Shown one piece after another: positions 9,779 to 20,367 of a stretch of 64,000 bases of DNA (positions are counted from its first letter, which is position 1; each line of letters begins with the position of its first letter). Under the pieces are notes generated by a model. It was not told where the DNA came from. It did not search any database and saw only the letters and a list, made by a program, of their open reading frames with translations. The DNA comes from Limisphaerales bacterium (GTDB taxonomy: Bacteria > Verrucomicrobiota > Verrucomicrobiia > Limisphaerales > JAJOIW01). Both the position numbers and the translations under genes were made by a program. Location of the stretch: positions 1 through 64,000 of the forward strand of contig CBFHOE010000011.1 of assembly GCA_965657355.1 (NCBI GenBank), written 5' to 3'.

Positions 9779-10003
9779 ATGAGTCACCCATCAAAAGCTG
9801 ACCGGCTTGCTACACTGGAAGAATCTGTCACCCATATGGAAAGGTTTATTGAGGACCTCAATAAGGTCGTGTATGAGCAAACCAAACTGATAAAGAAGCT
9901 TGAAAAGAAACTAGACGCAATGGAGGAGAATTTGAAAGACCGGTCAGACCAAGATTCTGAAATCCCCAATACGCCGCCACCTCACTATGATTGTAAAAAA
10001 TAA
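9779..10003 (+). CDS. slyX: SlyX family protein
   Basis: RLATLEESVTHMERFIEDLNKVV coiled coil and C-terminal PPPHY. Start set at ATG 9779. Confidence 0.9.
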   Translation: MSHPSKADRLATLEESVTHMERFIEDLNKVVYEQTKLIKKLEKKLDAMEENLKDRSDQDSEIPNTPPPHYDCKK

Positions 10004-10017
10004 CTACCTCATCAAAT

Positions 10018-10587
10018 TTATCGTGTTGGTCGTTTTTTAGGCCTCCATTGCAAATACCCATCTCGAGTGTAAAAGATCAACGAAGTAGCGAGTAATACTG
10101 TATTTACAGAAAGCAAAAAATCGACGAATTGGTTTTTACCGAATAATAAGTAGCACAGAATCATGGTAAAAAACACGAATGTAGTCGCCTTTCCTAAATT
10201 AGTTGGCACGATTTTCACATCGGCAACAACGGTTTTTAAGAGAAGATAGAGAGCTAAGAGTATCAGATCTCTAGAAACATAAAAAAGCCCAAACCAAAAA
10301 GGTAATCCAAAATTCTCAGAGGGGTTAAATAAACATAAATAACTTAAAACCCCCAAACTGAGTAATTTGTCAGCAGCGGGGTCAAGGAATTCACCAAGCC
10401 GGCTCTTGCAATCAAATTGACGCGCTAAAAATCCATCGAGCCAGTCTGAAAATGCCAATAATATGAAAAGGGCAATTGCTGTGGTCTTAAAAAAACTCTC
10501 ATCGTTTACCTGAGCAGCATGCAGAGAGAATACAAAAAAGGGTATGAATAGAATTCGGCCGAGAGAGACGTAATTGGCAATTGTCAT
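10018..10587 (-). CDS. CDP-alcohol phosphatidyltransferase (PgsA-like)
   Basis: ANYVSLGR and the DWLDGFLAR...GEFLDPAADK signature. Confidence 0.9.
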   Translation of the reverse strand: MTIANYVSLGRILFIPFFVFSLHAAQVNDESFFKTTAIALFILLAFSDWLDGFLARQFDCKSRLGEFLDPAADKLLSLGVLSYLCLFNPSENFGLPFWFGLFYVSRDLILLALYLLLKTVVADVKIVPTNLGKATTFVFFTMILCYLLFGKNQFVDFLLSVNTVLLATSLIFYTRDGYLQWRPKKRPTR

Positions 10588-10613
10588 ATGCCGGACCTCC
10601 AGGTGGCTCGGGA

Positions 10614-11984
10614 TTATTGCCCCTCTTCCTCTGCAGATTTTTTGATAAATATCAATGAGGCATCAATATTTTTCAAGGTCTGATCCTTCCCCAGGACATG
10701 AATAAGATCAGTAACTCCCGGCCCAGCTTTGGACCCGGTTACAGCTAATCTTGTTGGTCCCATTACTTTTCCTGGCTTGATTCCAAGCTCAGTAGCTACC
10801 GCCTTCATAGCGGCTTGAATGAACTCCGGAGTAAATTCTTCCAAATCTGAAAAAGCACTTCGGATGTGTTCGATAACAATTAAATTCTTTTGATTCAGTT
10901 GTTGGGAAACAACTTCCGGATCAAACTGAATATCTTTTTTGAAAAAGAATCGAGAGAATCCTGGCATTTCACTGAATGTTTTTATTTTCTCCTTACAGGT
11001 TTCTAATGCCTTTTTTATGTATTCCACATCATAATTTTCCACTTCTGGATTTTCTTCTTTCAAAAAAGGAAGGCATCCTTCAGCCAGTGTTGTCGAATCC
11101 AACCCCTTGATATATTCCGCATTGAACCATTGGAGTTTGGCCATATCAAAGCGAGCATTGGATCTGAGTATCCCCGGCATATCAAAACGCTCAATGAGTT
11201 CATTAACCGAAAATAGGTCTCTTTCCTCCTTTGAGGACCAACCTAACAAGGCCAGAAAGTTTATAACGGCCCCCGGAACAAAACCGGATTCCATATAAGT
11301 TGTCATGCTCGCCCCATCATCCCTTTTACTCATTTTACTGCCATCTGAATTGAGAATAAGGGGTATGTGGCCAAAAACAGGAGGCTGACTCCCAAGTGCC
11401 TCAAATAACTTTATGTGCTTGGACGTGTTAGAAAGATGGTCCTCGCCGCGTATCACGTGCGTGATGCCCATTTCAATATCATCAACGACGTTCACCAAAT
11501 GAAAAACAGGCTTCCCGTCCGATCTCACAATAACAAAATCTGGATTTTCCTCCTCCCTGTCGGTGAGCCTTCTTTCCACGTCTCCGACAACTTGATCCGG
11601 AATCAAAATCGGATCTTTTGTCATTCTAAACTTTATCGCTCCATCCTCTTCATATGCAAACCCACCATCCAAAAGTTTTTCAACATAACCTTTATAAATT
11701 TCGCCTCGTTGAGATTGAAAATAAGGCCCTTTCTCACCTATGCTTAGGCCTTTGGGATCAGATGAGCCTGGCCCTTCATCCCAGTCCAAACCAAGCCATT
11801 TCATGGTATGAATAATGACCTGAATTGCTTCATTGGAATTCCTCGACTCATCCGTGTCTTCAATTCTTAAAATGAATTTCCCACCATGGTGCCTGGCATA
11901 CAGCCAATTGAATAGGGCCGTACGAGCGCCTCCAATGTGTAGGTATCCGGTTGGACTAGGCGCAAATCTTACTCTTATGCTCAT
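10614..11984 (-). CDS. gltX: Glutamate--tRNA ligase
   Basis: RFAPSPTGYLHIGG, LRIEDTD, IRGEDH, KMSKR and a C-terminal anticodon-binding domain. Confidence 0.96.
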   Translation of the reverse strand: MSIRVRFAPSPTGYLHIGGARTALFNWLYARHHGGKFILRIEDTDESRNSNEAIQVIIHTMKWLGLDWDEGPGSSDPKGLSIGEKGPYFQSQRGEIYKGYVEKLLDGGFAYEEDGAIKFRMTKDPILIPDQVVGDVERRLTDREEENPDFVIVRSDGKPVFHLVNVVDDIEMGITHVIRGEDHLSNTSKHIKLFEALGSQPPVFGHIPLILNSDGSKMSKRDDGASMTTYMESGFVPGAVINFLALLGWSSKEERDLFSVNELIERFDMPGILRSNARFDMAKLQWFNAEYIKGLDSTTLAEGCLPFLKEENPEVENYDVEYIKKALETCKEKIKTFSEMPGFSRFFFKKDIQFDPEVVSQQLNQKNLIVIEHIRSAFSDLEEFTPEFIQAAMKAVATELGIKPGKVMGPTRLAVTGSKAGPGVTDLIHVLGKDQTLKNIDASLIFIKKSAEEEGQ

Positions 11985-12042
11985 CTTTAAAATAAGTTAC
12001 TCGATACACACTAGAATTCCTTGATCGAGACTTCAACTTGAA

Positions 12043-13149
12043 TCATTCACCAGTTATTCCGAGATCGATGTATGCAGCTTCATTAATCTCTCTAACTCGC
12101 CTTTGATGACGGATCTCGCCGGGCATACCATTAACTATCCAAGCAACAACTAATCCGTGTTTGGGATCAGCAAAACCGCTGGAGCACTGCGCGCCACCGT
12201 GACCATAAGCCTGCCCGCTGGCATACCTACCAAAACCATATGGGACGGTTTCCAACCCATAACGATTCGAATTCACCATAAATCCCATTCCCCAATCCAT
12301 TTTGTGTTTGAACGTAAGGTCAAACATTCCGAGTCTTCGTTTTGGTTGGGTCATATCAGAAATGTAGGGTTGCAAGTGGGAAAGCGGTTCATGCAAGCCT
12401 AAAGTCCATTCGTAAAAATGCCCAAGATCTTCTGCTGTTCCTCGAGTGTTACCACCCGGACGACAACCAGTGCAACTAGGCTCACCATCCAAATAGGGGT
12501 GCTGGGTCGGACTTTTTGTAGATGTTATATATAATGGACTGACCTTTTTTGAGAAGCAGTCACTCCACTTTGATTTTGGAATACCAATGTAGGTATTGGT
12601 AAGACCTAAAGGGATGAGCAACTCTCGTCGAATCCAGTCCGAATAGGAGGAAGTTTTTGTCAGACGATTGCACAACTCCGCAAGCAAATACCAAGTTCCG
12701 GCAATATGGTATCCAGCCTTTTCCCCGGGCACCCAATCTGGATCCACCGGAGAGCGGATGATTCTCTCGATCATGTCGTCCCAGCTCAGAGACTCGCTCA
12801 ACTTATCAGCATTAAGCAAACCCGCTGTGTGAGTAAGCAAGTGAGATACTTTAATACCCGACCAATCGGTTCCCTCAAGCTCCGGAAAAAATACAGGCAA
12901 AATGTCCTCAAAGCTGAGAATATTCGAAGATACCAGCGAGGCAACGGCAACGGCGGTGAGCGGCTTACCGGCAGAACGCCAAAGCATCAGATTTTCCTTA
13001 CCAAATGGGACATTTCTTTCCTGATCACAGAAGCCGAAAGAATTGTTCATAATCACTTTCCCATTCTGAGAAATATATATTTGGCCGCCCAAATGATCTT
13101 CTCTCTCAACCCCTGCCAGCAACGCCTTGAGGACTCGCGTGTCGTTCAT
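12043..13149 (-). CDS. Serine hydrolase, beta-lactamase/class C-like family
   Basis: SAGK (SxxK), LLTHTAG, PGEKAGYH and YGHGG. Confidence 0.88.
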   Translation of the reverse strand: MNDTRVLKALLAGVEREDHLGGQIYISQNGKVIMNNSFGFCDQERNVPFGKENLMLWRSAGKPLTAVAVASLVSSNILSFEDILPVFFPELEGTDWSGIKVSHLLTHTAGLLNADKLSESLSWDDMIERIIRSPVDPDWVPGEKAGYHIAGTWYLLAELCNRLTKTSSYSDWIRRELLIPLGLTNTYIGIPKSKWSDCFSKKVSPLYITSTKSPTQHPYLDGEPSCTGCRPGGNTRGTAEDLGHFYEWTLGLHEPLSHLQPYISDMTQPKRRLGMFDLTFKHKMDWGMGFMVNSNRYGLETVPYGFGRYASGQAYGHGGAQCSSGFADPKHGLVVAWIVNGMPGEIRHQRRVREINEAAYIDLGITGE

Positions 13150-13175
13150 AAGATTTTAGATATAAAACCTAATTT

Positions 13176-14072
13176 TTAATGGAGTTTAGACGCGTCGACA
13201 CCATTTCTCCAATCCGCTTCGATAACTCTAGACCATTGGGTATTTAACAGCATGGGTATACTGTGAATCTTTAAGATCTGTGTCAGCATGTGCGTATTCA
13301 ATTCTCTGGATACAAAAGAATATTCTATAAAATCATCCATATCAGAGGGTGTCGTTGATCCCTTTGTGCTCAATCGCATCGGCACAGGAATATTGGTGAT
13401 CGTCTCTCCCTTACTGCCATCTCGGTTCGTATATTCATGCCGCAAGACCATGCTAAAGTCAGGCAGTCTGAATCTTTTTCCATCATATTGCCAACCGGCC
13501 AATTGATCTTCTCCCTCCAATCCGAATGGCACCTGGCTGAGCTTTCTCAAATTGGAGGTGGCATAATCACCCTTATTTGGATCGATAACTTGGTACACTT
13601 CGCATATAAAAGTATCCGTGAATCTTAATCGTATATTTTCTTTATTGCCCCCGATTGTTGGCCTCCAGAAACCGAGAAGCGGGTTCCTGAAATCCATTTT
13701 CTCGTTGACGATATCGAGATTACTTAATGAAACAATCTCAATGGGATTCCTGACTTCCAAAGTTCCATCAGCTTCTTCAGCAACGAGGATCTTTTCTCCG
13801 TCGAGATCCTCGGGACTAATGTAGGTTTTATCGGGAATAGCAGAGTATTGCTCCATAAGCTTGTTTGCCTCTTCGAGTTTTCCCTCATCCCCCTCATTTG
13901 AATTAGGTCTGAATAAAACGAACCCGATGACAAAAACAATGACAATGGGTATAAAATAGACACCAGGCCCGTCAGGCCCTTTCGTTAAAGGAGTAAAAAT
14001 ACCTCCAGATTTCTTTTTTCTTTTCCTTCTTCTCGATTCCATTTTATGGAACTGTTTTTGCGAAAGATTCAA
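13176..14072 (-). CDS. Hypothetical single-pass membrane protein
   Basis: Basic N-terminus (RRRKRKKK), one hydrophobic helix, and tight packing between dinG and the serine hydrolase gene. Confidence 0.7.
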   Translation of the reverse strand: MNLSQKQFHKMESRRRKRKKKSGGIFTPLTKGPDGPGVYFIPIVIVFVIGFVLFRPNSNEGDEGKLEEANKLMEQYSAIPDKTYISPEDLDGEKILVAEEADGTLEVRNPIEIVSLSNLDIVNEKMDFRNPLLGFWRPTIGGNKENIRLRFTDTFICEVYQVIDPNKGDYATSNLRKLSQVPFGLEGEDQLAGWQYDGKRFRLPDFSMVLRHEYTNRDGSKGETITNIPVPMRLSTKGSTTPSDMDDFIEYSFVSRELNTHMLTQILKIHSIPMLLNTQWSRVIEADWRNGVDASKLH

Positions 14073-14097
14073 TTATTGTGACACCTTTTGGTGAAAC

Positions 14098-16269
14098 TCA
14101 GACTAATTCTATGGGTAACTCCGGCAGTGAATTCAAGAACAATTGCCCATACTTCTTTGTCAATATTCTATTATCCAAGACCACTACAATCCCACTGTCA
14201 TTAGCCGTCCTAACCAGTCTGCCAAAACCTTGTCGAAATTTCAAGACTGCCTCAGGTAATGAATAATCAAAAAATGGATTTCCACCTTTTGACTCAATAT
14301 GCTCAATTTTCGCCTCAATAAGAGGGTGGTCGGGAACGCCAAATGGAAGCCTCGTGATTATGACATTTTCAAGGGCTTCCCCCGGGACATCCACTCCCTG
14401 CCAAAAGCTGTCCAAACCGAATAAAACGGAATCTACATCTTCTTTGAAGGATTCCAGTAAAGTTGTCCGTGGAATACCTTTTCCCTGAACCAAACATGTA
14501 TATCCCATTTCTTCTAAATCCGGTGAAATTGAAACCGCAACAGAGTTCATCGTTGCTGAGCTTGTAAATAGAACAAATGCCTTCCCCTTGCTCTTTTTTA
14601 CAAAATGCTTAATCCAGTGACCTAAGGACGATTCGTATTCCTGAGTTCTCGGATCTGGCATTTGATTAACGACAAATAATTTGACCTGCTTTTTGTAATC
14701 AAAGGGCGACCCAAGTTGGGCGCAGTCCATGTGGGTTGCACCAATACGCCCACAAAAATATTCCATACCCTCACTAAAAGGTTTGGTCGCCGATTTTTTG
14801 CCATGGGCAGTAGAATCGGATCTCCCTGATCCTTCTTTTTCTTCGGAAGTCGATAGCGTAGCACTAGTCATGACAACACTTGTACCAGAAAGAAATAATC
14901 GATTTTTTAAATAAACTGCCACATCTGAAGGAGCATAATTTATTGAAAAATTTTTTTGAACACGCCCGGTTTTTTCAATCCAATAAACTGCCATTGTCGC
15001 AGCTTGTTTCAAGAAGTCAGCTATTCCAGCTTGAATCTCTCTCAGCTTTCTTTTTGATTCCAATAATTCTTCTGCCCACGAGCGTTCATCTGATCCATCT
15101 ACTATATCCTGGATACCATCGCATACTTTATGAAGTGCTAGACTCAGTGTATCTTGGATAAAGTCTGGACGACGTATTCTTATTTCTTTCCAAATTGGAG
15201 GTTCATTTTCATTGGATCGCGTAACATTCCTGGAACCATAACGACTCGCTTGATTTTCCTCGGATTTAGATTTTACCAATTGATCACATTCTTCTTCTAA
15301 TCTTTCAAAAAAATCGTCCACTAAATCTAAAAGGTCAGATATATCCCTGGATAATTGGGACTCAGTGGTAGCGGTAATAAGCCCTTTTAATGTTTTAGGG
15401 TTCCAAACTCTATGGATAGCAAATCTAATTTGCCCGGAAGATAGGCTCATCCCAATATGACGCGACGCCACAGATTCAACGGTGTGCGCCTCATCAAATA
15501 CCACAAAGTCATTTTTAAATAGGATTCCTGTATCGTTTTTCTCTTCATCCAAGGCCCCCAGGTGGACAAAGAAAAGAGTGTGATTCACGACAATGACATC
15601 CGAGGAAAGTATTTGAGATCTGACTTCTTGATAAGGACAAGGCATATTGTCTTTGGCAAATTTCGAATCAGGACCACATTTCTTTGGAGAACAAACACCC
15701 CTCTCTGAACACACATAAGACCAAACCTTTGGATCAGGTTCCGTTCCAAAATCAGAGAGACTTCCGTCTTCAGTGGTCTTTGCCCACTCGTATATTCTTT
15801 GAAGTTCCTGTACTTCACTCGAGGTGAAAATCTTATCTGCCATTCGCATAGCTTTATGTAATCGCAAACGACACAAATAGTTGTTTCTTCCCTTTAGAAG
15901 AACAAATTTGAATGGCTCACCAAGTACCTTTTGTAATAAGGGTAAATCTTTTCCACAGAGTTGCTCTTGCAAATTAATGGTATGAGTCGAGATGATTGCC
16001 TTCTTACTATTCCTTTTCGCATATAATATGGATGGGACAAGGTAAGCGAGACTTTTTCCAACTCCGGTACCAGCTTCTACAATTAAATTACCCCCGCCGG
16101 TAAGTGCTTTGGCTGTTCTAACAGCCATTTCCTGCTGTGGTTTTCTATATTCGAAATTCGAAGCACGAGAGAGCGGTCCAGAGGCAGAAAAAAAGTCTTC
16201 TACCTCATGTACAATAGAGTCGTTATTTTCATACGCCTCAGAAACCCCTTCGTCACTAATCCGAATCAT
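14098..16269 (-). CDS. dinG: DinG/YoaA family ATP-dependent helicase
   Basis: EAGTGVGKS, LKGRNNYLC, Fe-S cysteines, DEAH, FWQGVDVPG and QGFGRLVR. Confidence 0.92.
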   Translation of the reverse strand: MIRISDEGVSEAYENNDSIVHEVEDFFSASGPLSRASNFEYRKPQQEMAVRTAKALTGGGNLIVEAGTGVGKSLAYLVPSILYAKRNSKKAIISTHTINLQEQLCGKDLPLLQKVLGEPFKFVLLKGRNNYLCRLRLHKAMRMADKIFTSSEVQELQRIYEWAKTTEDGSLSDFGTEPDPKVWSYVCSERGVCSPKKCGPDSKFAKDNMPCPYQEVRSQILSSDVIVVNHTLFFVHLGALDEEKNDTGILFKNDFVVFDEAHTVESVASRHIGMSLSSGQIRFAIHRVWNPKTLKGLITATTESQLSRDISDLLDLVDDFFERLEEECDQLVKSKSEENQASRYGSRNVTRSNENEPPIWKEIRIRRPDFIQDTLSLALHKVCDGIQDIVDGSDERSWAEELLESKRKLREIQAGIADFLKQAATMAVYWIEKTGRVQKNFSINYAPSDVAVYLKNRLFLSGTSVVMTSATLSTSEEKEGSGRSDSTAHGKKSATKPFSEGMEYFCGRIGATHMDCAQLGSPFDYKKQVKLFVVNQMPDPRTQEYESSLGHWIKHFVKKSKGKAFVLFTSSATMNSVAVSISPDLEEMGYTCLVQGKGIPRTTLLESFKEDVDSVLFGLDSFWQGVDVPGEALENVIITRLPFGVPDHPLIEAKIEHIESKGGNPFFDYSLPEAVLKFRQGFGRLVRTANDSGIVVVLDNRILTKKYGQLFLNSLPELPIELV

Positions 16270-16399
16270 TTGTTAACCAAAGTAAAACATCATAATCGAA
16301 TAAATATTTTTCGACGACAATCAAATCATGAGCGAGTACATCATTTTTTTTAAACAGTTTGGATTTTTAAATGAATCTTTTTCTGTCAATATTTGAACC

Positions 16400-17395
16400 A
16401 TGAAAGCAGCATTTATCGAATCACCCGGGTCAGCCCAAAATTTCATTATTGGTGAACTCCCGGAGCCTTCTCCGAAACCGAGTGAATTAAAAATAAAGGT
16501 AAGCTTTTCATCAATTAATCCTATAGACACGTATATAAGAGGTGGACTAGTTCCCATGGAGCTTCCCTGCCCTTTTGTTCCTGGCTGCGACTTCGCCGGA
16601 GAAGTAGTGGAATGCGGATCCAACATCAAAGACTTCAATATTGGCGATAGAGTTTGGGGATCAAACCAAGGGCTGCTTGGGAGACAGGGAACTCTATCTG
16701 AATTTATAACTGTCGATAGTATTTGGGCTTATAAAGCTCCAAAAAATGTCCAAGACGACCAATTGGCTGCCACCGCACTTGTAGGCATAACCACTGCCAT
16801 AGGCCTTTTAAAAAAAGCTCGAGTTCGCAATGGTGAAAAATTACTTATTTCAGGAGGGGCCGGAGCTATCGGATCCATGGTCATTCAAATGGCAAAAGCC
16901 ATCGGTATGGAAGTTATTGCAACGACATCATCATTAAAAAAACAAACCCACTGCCTAAACTTGGGAGCTGATCATGCATTGGATTACACAGCTGATTCCT
17001 TTGAGCAAGATATAAAAAAAGTCAATCAGTCTGGTTTTGATGTTATTTGGGAAACATCTAGAAATCCAGATTTAGAATTTGCAATTATGAACTTGGCGGA
17101 AAGCGGGCGTATGGTTCTGATGGCTGGGCGCGATGCCTTACCGCAATTTCCAGTGGGCCCATTCTATGTAAAAGGGTGCTCCTTGTTTGGTTTTGCTATG
17201 TTTAAAACACCGGCACCCATTCAGAGAGAGTGTGCCAAATTAATTAACAAATGGGTTGAATCAGGAGAGATAGCTCCATTCATCAGCCACACATTCTCAC
17301 TCAACCAGGTGTCAGAAGCCCATGCACTTCAAGAAAAATTGACTCTGAAAGGTTCACCTACTCCAAGTGGGAAAATTGTAATTAAAATTAATTGA
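16400..17395 (+). CDS. NADPH:quinone reductase / zeta-crystallin-like MDR
   Basis: INPIDTYIRGG, PGCDFAGEV, GGAGAIG and C-terminal GKIVI. Confidence 0.9.
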   Translation: MKAAFIESPGSAQNFIIGELPEPSPKPSELKIKVSFSSINPIDTYIRGGLVPMELPCPFVPGCDFAGEVVECGSNIKDFNIGDRVWGSNQGLLGRQGTLSEFITVDSIWAYKAPKNVQDDQLAATALVGITTAIGLLKKARVRNGEKLLISGGAGAIGSMVIQMAKAIGMEVIATTSSLKKQTHCLNLGADHALDYTADSFEQDIKKVNQSGFDVIWETSRNPDLEFAIMNLAESGRMVLMAGRDALPQFPVGPFYVKGCSLFGFAMFKTPAPIQRECAKLINKWVESGEIAPFISHTFSLNQVSEAHALQEKLTLKGSPTPSGKIVIKIN

Positions 17396-17431
17396 GTATC
17401 ACATTGCGAAAAAAGGATTTTTGATAATGCC

Positions 17432-18694
17432 TTATTTATCAATCGATTGCCCCTCTATGACCACACTGAAAATATTCCCCCAAAATCCTAGAGATTGACT
17501 CAACCCAATGTGACGCCCCTTAAAATCTCCCTCGATTATATCCTCATGAGGATTTCCCTTATTGCCAGATATCTTTTTTCCAAAAATCGAGTCTTTGAGA
17601 TAATCAAGCTCCAAGGAAGTATTTGTATTTAGCATTTCTAAAAGCACTGCGACCTCCATCAAAGATGTCGCCCCAAGACAATGGCCAGTATAATGCTTCG
17701 TTGGAATAATCTCAGGTGAGATCCCAGAAAAAACTTTTTCGAGAGCAAGTAACTCTACAGCGTCGTTGTATATTGTCCCCGTGCCATGTGGGCTTATCTT
17801 TTTTATTTCTTCAGCAGATATCCCAGCCATGGCCAGACTCCTCCTTATGGAATGAGATAAACTCTTCCCCTCATGATCGCTTAGGGTTCTGGAATGAGAA
17901 TCTGTAGCGGTATCCCATCCATGAATGTAACCGATAGGCTCACACCCCTTCTCTTTTGAAAATGCTTCTGAACTCAAGATCATCGCAGCGGCCCCCTCAC
18001 CCAGTGCTGTTCCTGTCCGGTTGGCACAAAAGGGAATACATCCTAAATCTGCTGACTGAGTTTCTCTTGTTAGCATACCGGCAGATTGCATCTGACTCAG
18101 GACGAGGGGATGGACGCTCGCTTCGGAAGCGATGACCAATGCTAAATCGCAGCGTCCACTTAATAAGGAATAGCAAGCTTCGGATAGTGCATACCCTCCT
18201 GAGCAACACGTTGCTGATAAGGTAATATTAGGGCCTTGCACACCCAGGAAACCACTTAAAGCACCCGATGTAGCAGATAAAGGAACATCTACTGCGAGAC
18301 TTGGCTTTACTCGGTTTTTTTTATGGGAAACATCAGCCTCAATTTGTTTCTGGACCGGACCTCGCGATGTCCCATGCCATATGCCGCATTTTTCGGGGCA
18401 TGTTTGATTTCTCATGACATGCCATTTCTCCAGTAGTGACTGGCAAACCAGAAATCCAAATTGAGTCGTTCGGTCCATTCCTAAAATTCGTTTAGGAATC
18501 TCATGATAAACTGTGAGATCTTCCGGAAGGGAGTAATAAGGAACTGGTCCATTTCTTCTGGATATTTCACCTCCAAACCCCAATGAAGCCTGACATTTAC
18601 CTTGGCGCATGGCTAAAACATTAGAGAAAACTCCTAAGCCCTCCATCGATAGGATTTCGGTTCCATGAATTGCAATTGATTGTTGAGTTTTCAT
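17432..18694 (-). CDS. Beta-ketoacyl synthase family protein (divergent FabF/FabB-like)
   Basis: SATCCSG (Cys), LGEGAA, PHGTGT (His) and KHYTGHCLGA (His). Confidence 0.85.
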   Translation of the reverse strand: MKTQQSIAIHGTEILSMEGLGVFSNVLAMRQGKCQASLGFGGEISRRNGPVPYYSLPEDLTVYHEIPKRILGMDRTTQFGFLVCQSLLEKWHVMRNQTCPEKCGIWHGTSRGPVQKQIEADVSHKKNRVKPSLAVDVPLSATSGALSGFLGVQGPNITLSATCCSGGYALSEACYSLLSGRCDLALVIASEASVHPLVLSQMQSAGMLTRETQSADLGCIPFCANRTGTALGEGAAAMILSSEAFSKEKGCEPIGYIHGWDTATDSHSRTLSDHEGKSLSHSIRRSLAMAGISAEEIKKISPHGTGTIYNDAVELLALEKVFSGISPEIIPTKHYTGHCLGATSLMEVAVLLEMLNTNTSLELDYLKDSIFGKKISGNKGNPHEDIIEGDFKGRHIGLSQSLGFWGNIFSVVIEGQSIDK

Positions 18695-18759
18695 TAAGCA
18701 CTAATGTCGAATGTGACTGAACAACTTCGACTCAGCACGTTAATATGATGGCATCTTAG

Positions 18760-19761
18760 GTGCAAGTCTGTGAATATTTCAAAGTGCCAATTATTGATTC
18801 AGACTTTTTAGAACCACATTGGGCTCTTCGATCTGGTCATTTGCAAACAATTTCAGGAAGCATCATTCCTTTTTCCCTGCGCAACCCCGACGATACAGAG
18901 CGAATTCCAACCCCAGACAACGATGAGATATTTGCTGATTGGTATCACCCCACTCATAGGAATCAAAAAAGTAAAAATCTAGCTATTATTTGTCATGGGC
19001 TGGAAAGTGATTCTAGAGCCGTTTACGTCAGAAGATTGACTTCAGCTCTTCTCGCTGAAAATTGGACTGTCGTCGCTTGGTCGTATAGAGGATGCGGTTC
19101 TGAGATGAATAAGAACTTTCGTCTATACCACAGCGGAGCGACTGATGACCTCCATACGGTGACTGAACATTCATTGACAAAAAAGAAATGGCAAAAAGTT
19201 AGTTTGATCGGGTTCAGTTTGGGCGGAAACCTTGTTTTGAAATACACGGGTGAGCGACCGTGGCTATTTGAGCCAAATCTTATTGCAAGTATTGGTATTT
19301 CTGTCCCGTGTCACTTGAGTTCTTCCGCAAAGCAGTTGGCCAAACCTGAAAATAAGATATATATGAGAAGATTTCTCAAGCGTCTTAAAGAAAAAATCAT
19401 TCGGAAAGAGTCTCAATTTCCCGGCAAAATAAACTTAGAATTACTCGATGGTATTTCAACATTCCATGAGTTTGACCAATACTTTACTGCACCTATTCAT
19501 GGATTTAAATCGGCTGAAGACTACTACCAAAAATCGAGCTCTCTCCATTACTTTGCAAATATCAAATCCCCTGCTCTTCTTATCAATGCAAGAGACGACC
19601 CATTTCTCTCTCGATCATGCTTCCCGAATAAATTCGCGCATTGCTCCCAAAACTTCTTCTTGGAAGCACCCTCATTTGGTGGACATGTAGGTTTCATAGA
19701 AGGTCGGTTCTTTCCCTCTTTTTGGATAAACCAAAGATGCCTCCAATTTATCAAAGGATAA
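18760..19761 (+). CDS. YheT-family alpha/beta hydrolase
   Basis: GHLQTI, CHGLE, YRGCG, YHSG, GFSLGGN nucleophile elbow, DDPF and GGHVGF. Confidence 0.9.
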   Translation: MQVCEYFKVPIIDSDFLEPHWALRSGHLQTISGSIIPFSLRNPDDTERIPTPDNDEIFADWYHPTHRNQKSKNLAIICHGLESDSRAVYVRRLTSALLAENWTVVAWSYRGCGSEMNKNFRLYHSGATDDLHTVTEHSLTKKKWQKVSLIGFSLGGNLVLKYTGERPWLFEPNLIASIGISVPCHLSSSAKQLAKPENKIYMRRFLKRLKEKIIRKESQFPGKINLELLDGISTFHEFDQYFTAPIHGFKSAEDYYQKSSSLHYFANIKSPALLINARDDPFLSRSCFPNKFAHCSQNFFLEAPSFGGHVGFIEGRFFPSFWINQRCLQFIKG

Positions 19762-20367
19762 GCTTCAGGCTTTCACTGATGGAATTGCAGAACATGAGCA
19801 TCTTTTATTTTTGTTTTTATTTTTCGAATTTAGATTTCGTGAGCACGAGGAATTATACAAGAATGAAGGTAGTCGGCCTTGTTTTTGACTGGAGTCCCAT
19901 TTTAGAGGACGAATGCAACCCATGTTTCAATTCGTTGATAAGAAATCATGCAAGGTATTCTTGAGCTGAGACGCTGGACAGCAGACTAACTTTTACTTCG
20001 TGAAAGCCCCGAACTAAACGCAATAGGAAAATATGGTAAAGCCAATTGCAGCGAGTATTGGCATCGAATGAGTCACGAAAGTTGATGAAAGCATAAGCCA
20101 ATCGAGAGCTCAGTTCTGTTCGACAGCCCTCACAAAATAACCCTAGAAATTTTGTTATTCTCGCATTGAATAGATACCTCAAAATGTTAACCCAAGAATG
20201 AATCAGTGGGTGCGATTCTCTGGACCACCATTTATAGGGCCACATAAAAACTTACGGTATCACGATTAAAGCGCCTCATGGGGATAAAAGGTAAAATACA
20301 TCTCCAAAGTATGAGGAGTCTGTGAGGAGTTAAACCAAAAAAATATTTCACGGACTGGTTACTATAC

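Noticed and set aside
12043..13149. Antibiotic-resistance beta-lactamase
   Set aside because: No signal peptide, and motifs fit the broad esterase-like serine hydrolase family in a housekeeping context.
19762..20367. About 600-bp gap with short ORFs (19641-19964 +, 19946-20245 -, 20232-20465 -)
   Set aside because: No recognisable motifs, atypical composition and overlaps with real genes. I also saw no tRNA or other known RNA signature, so it is left unannotated.
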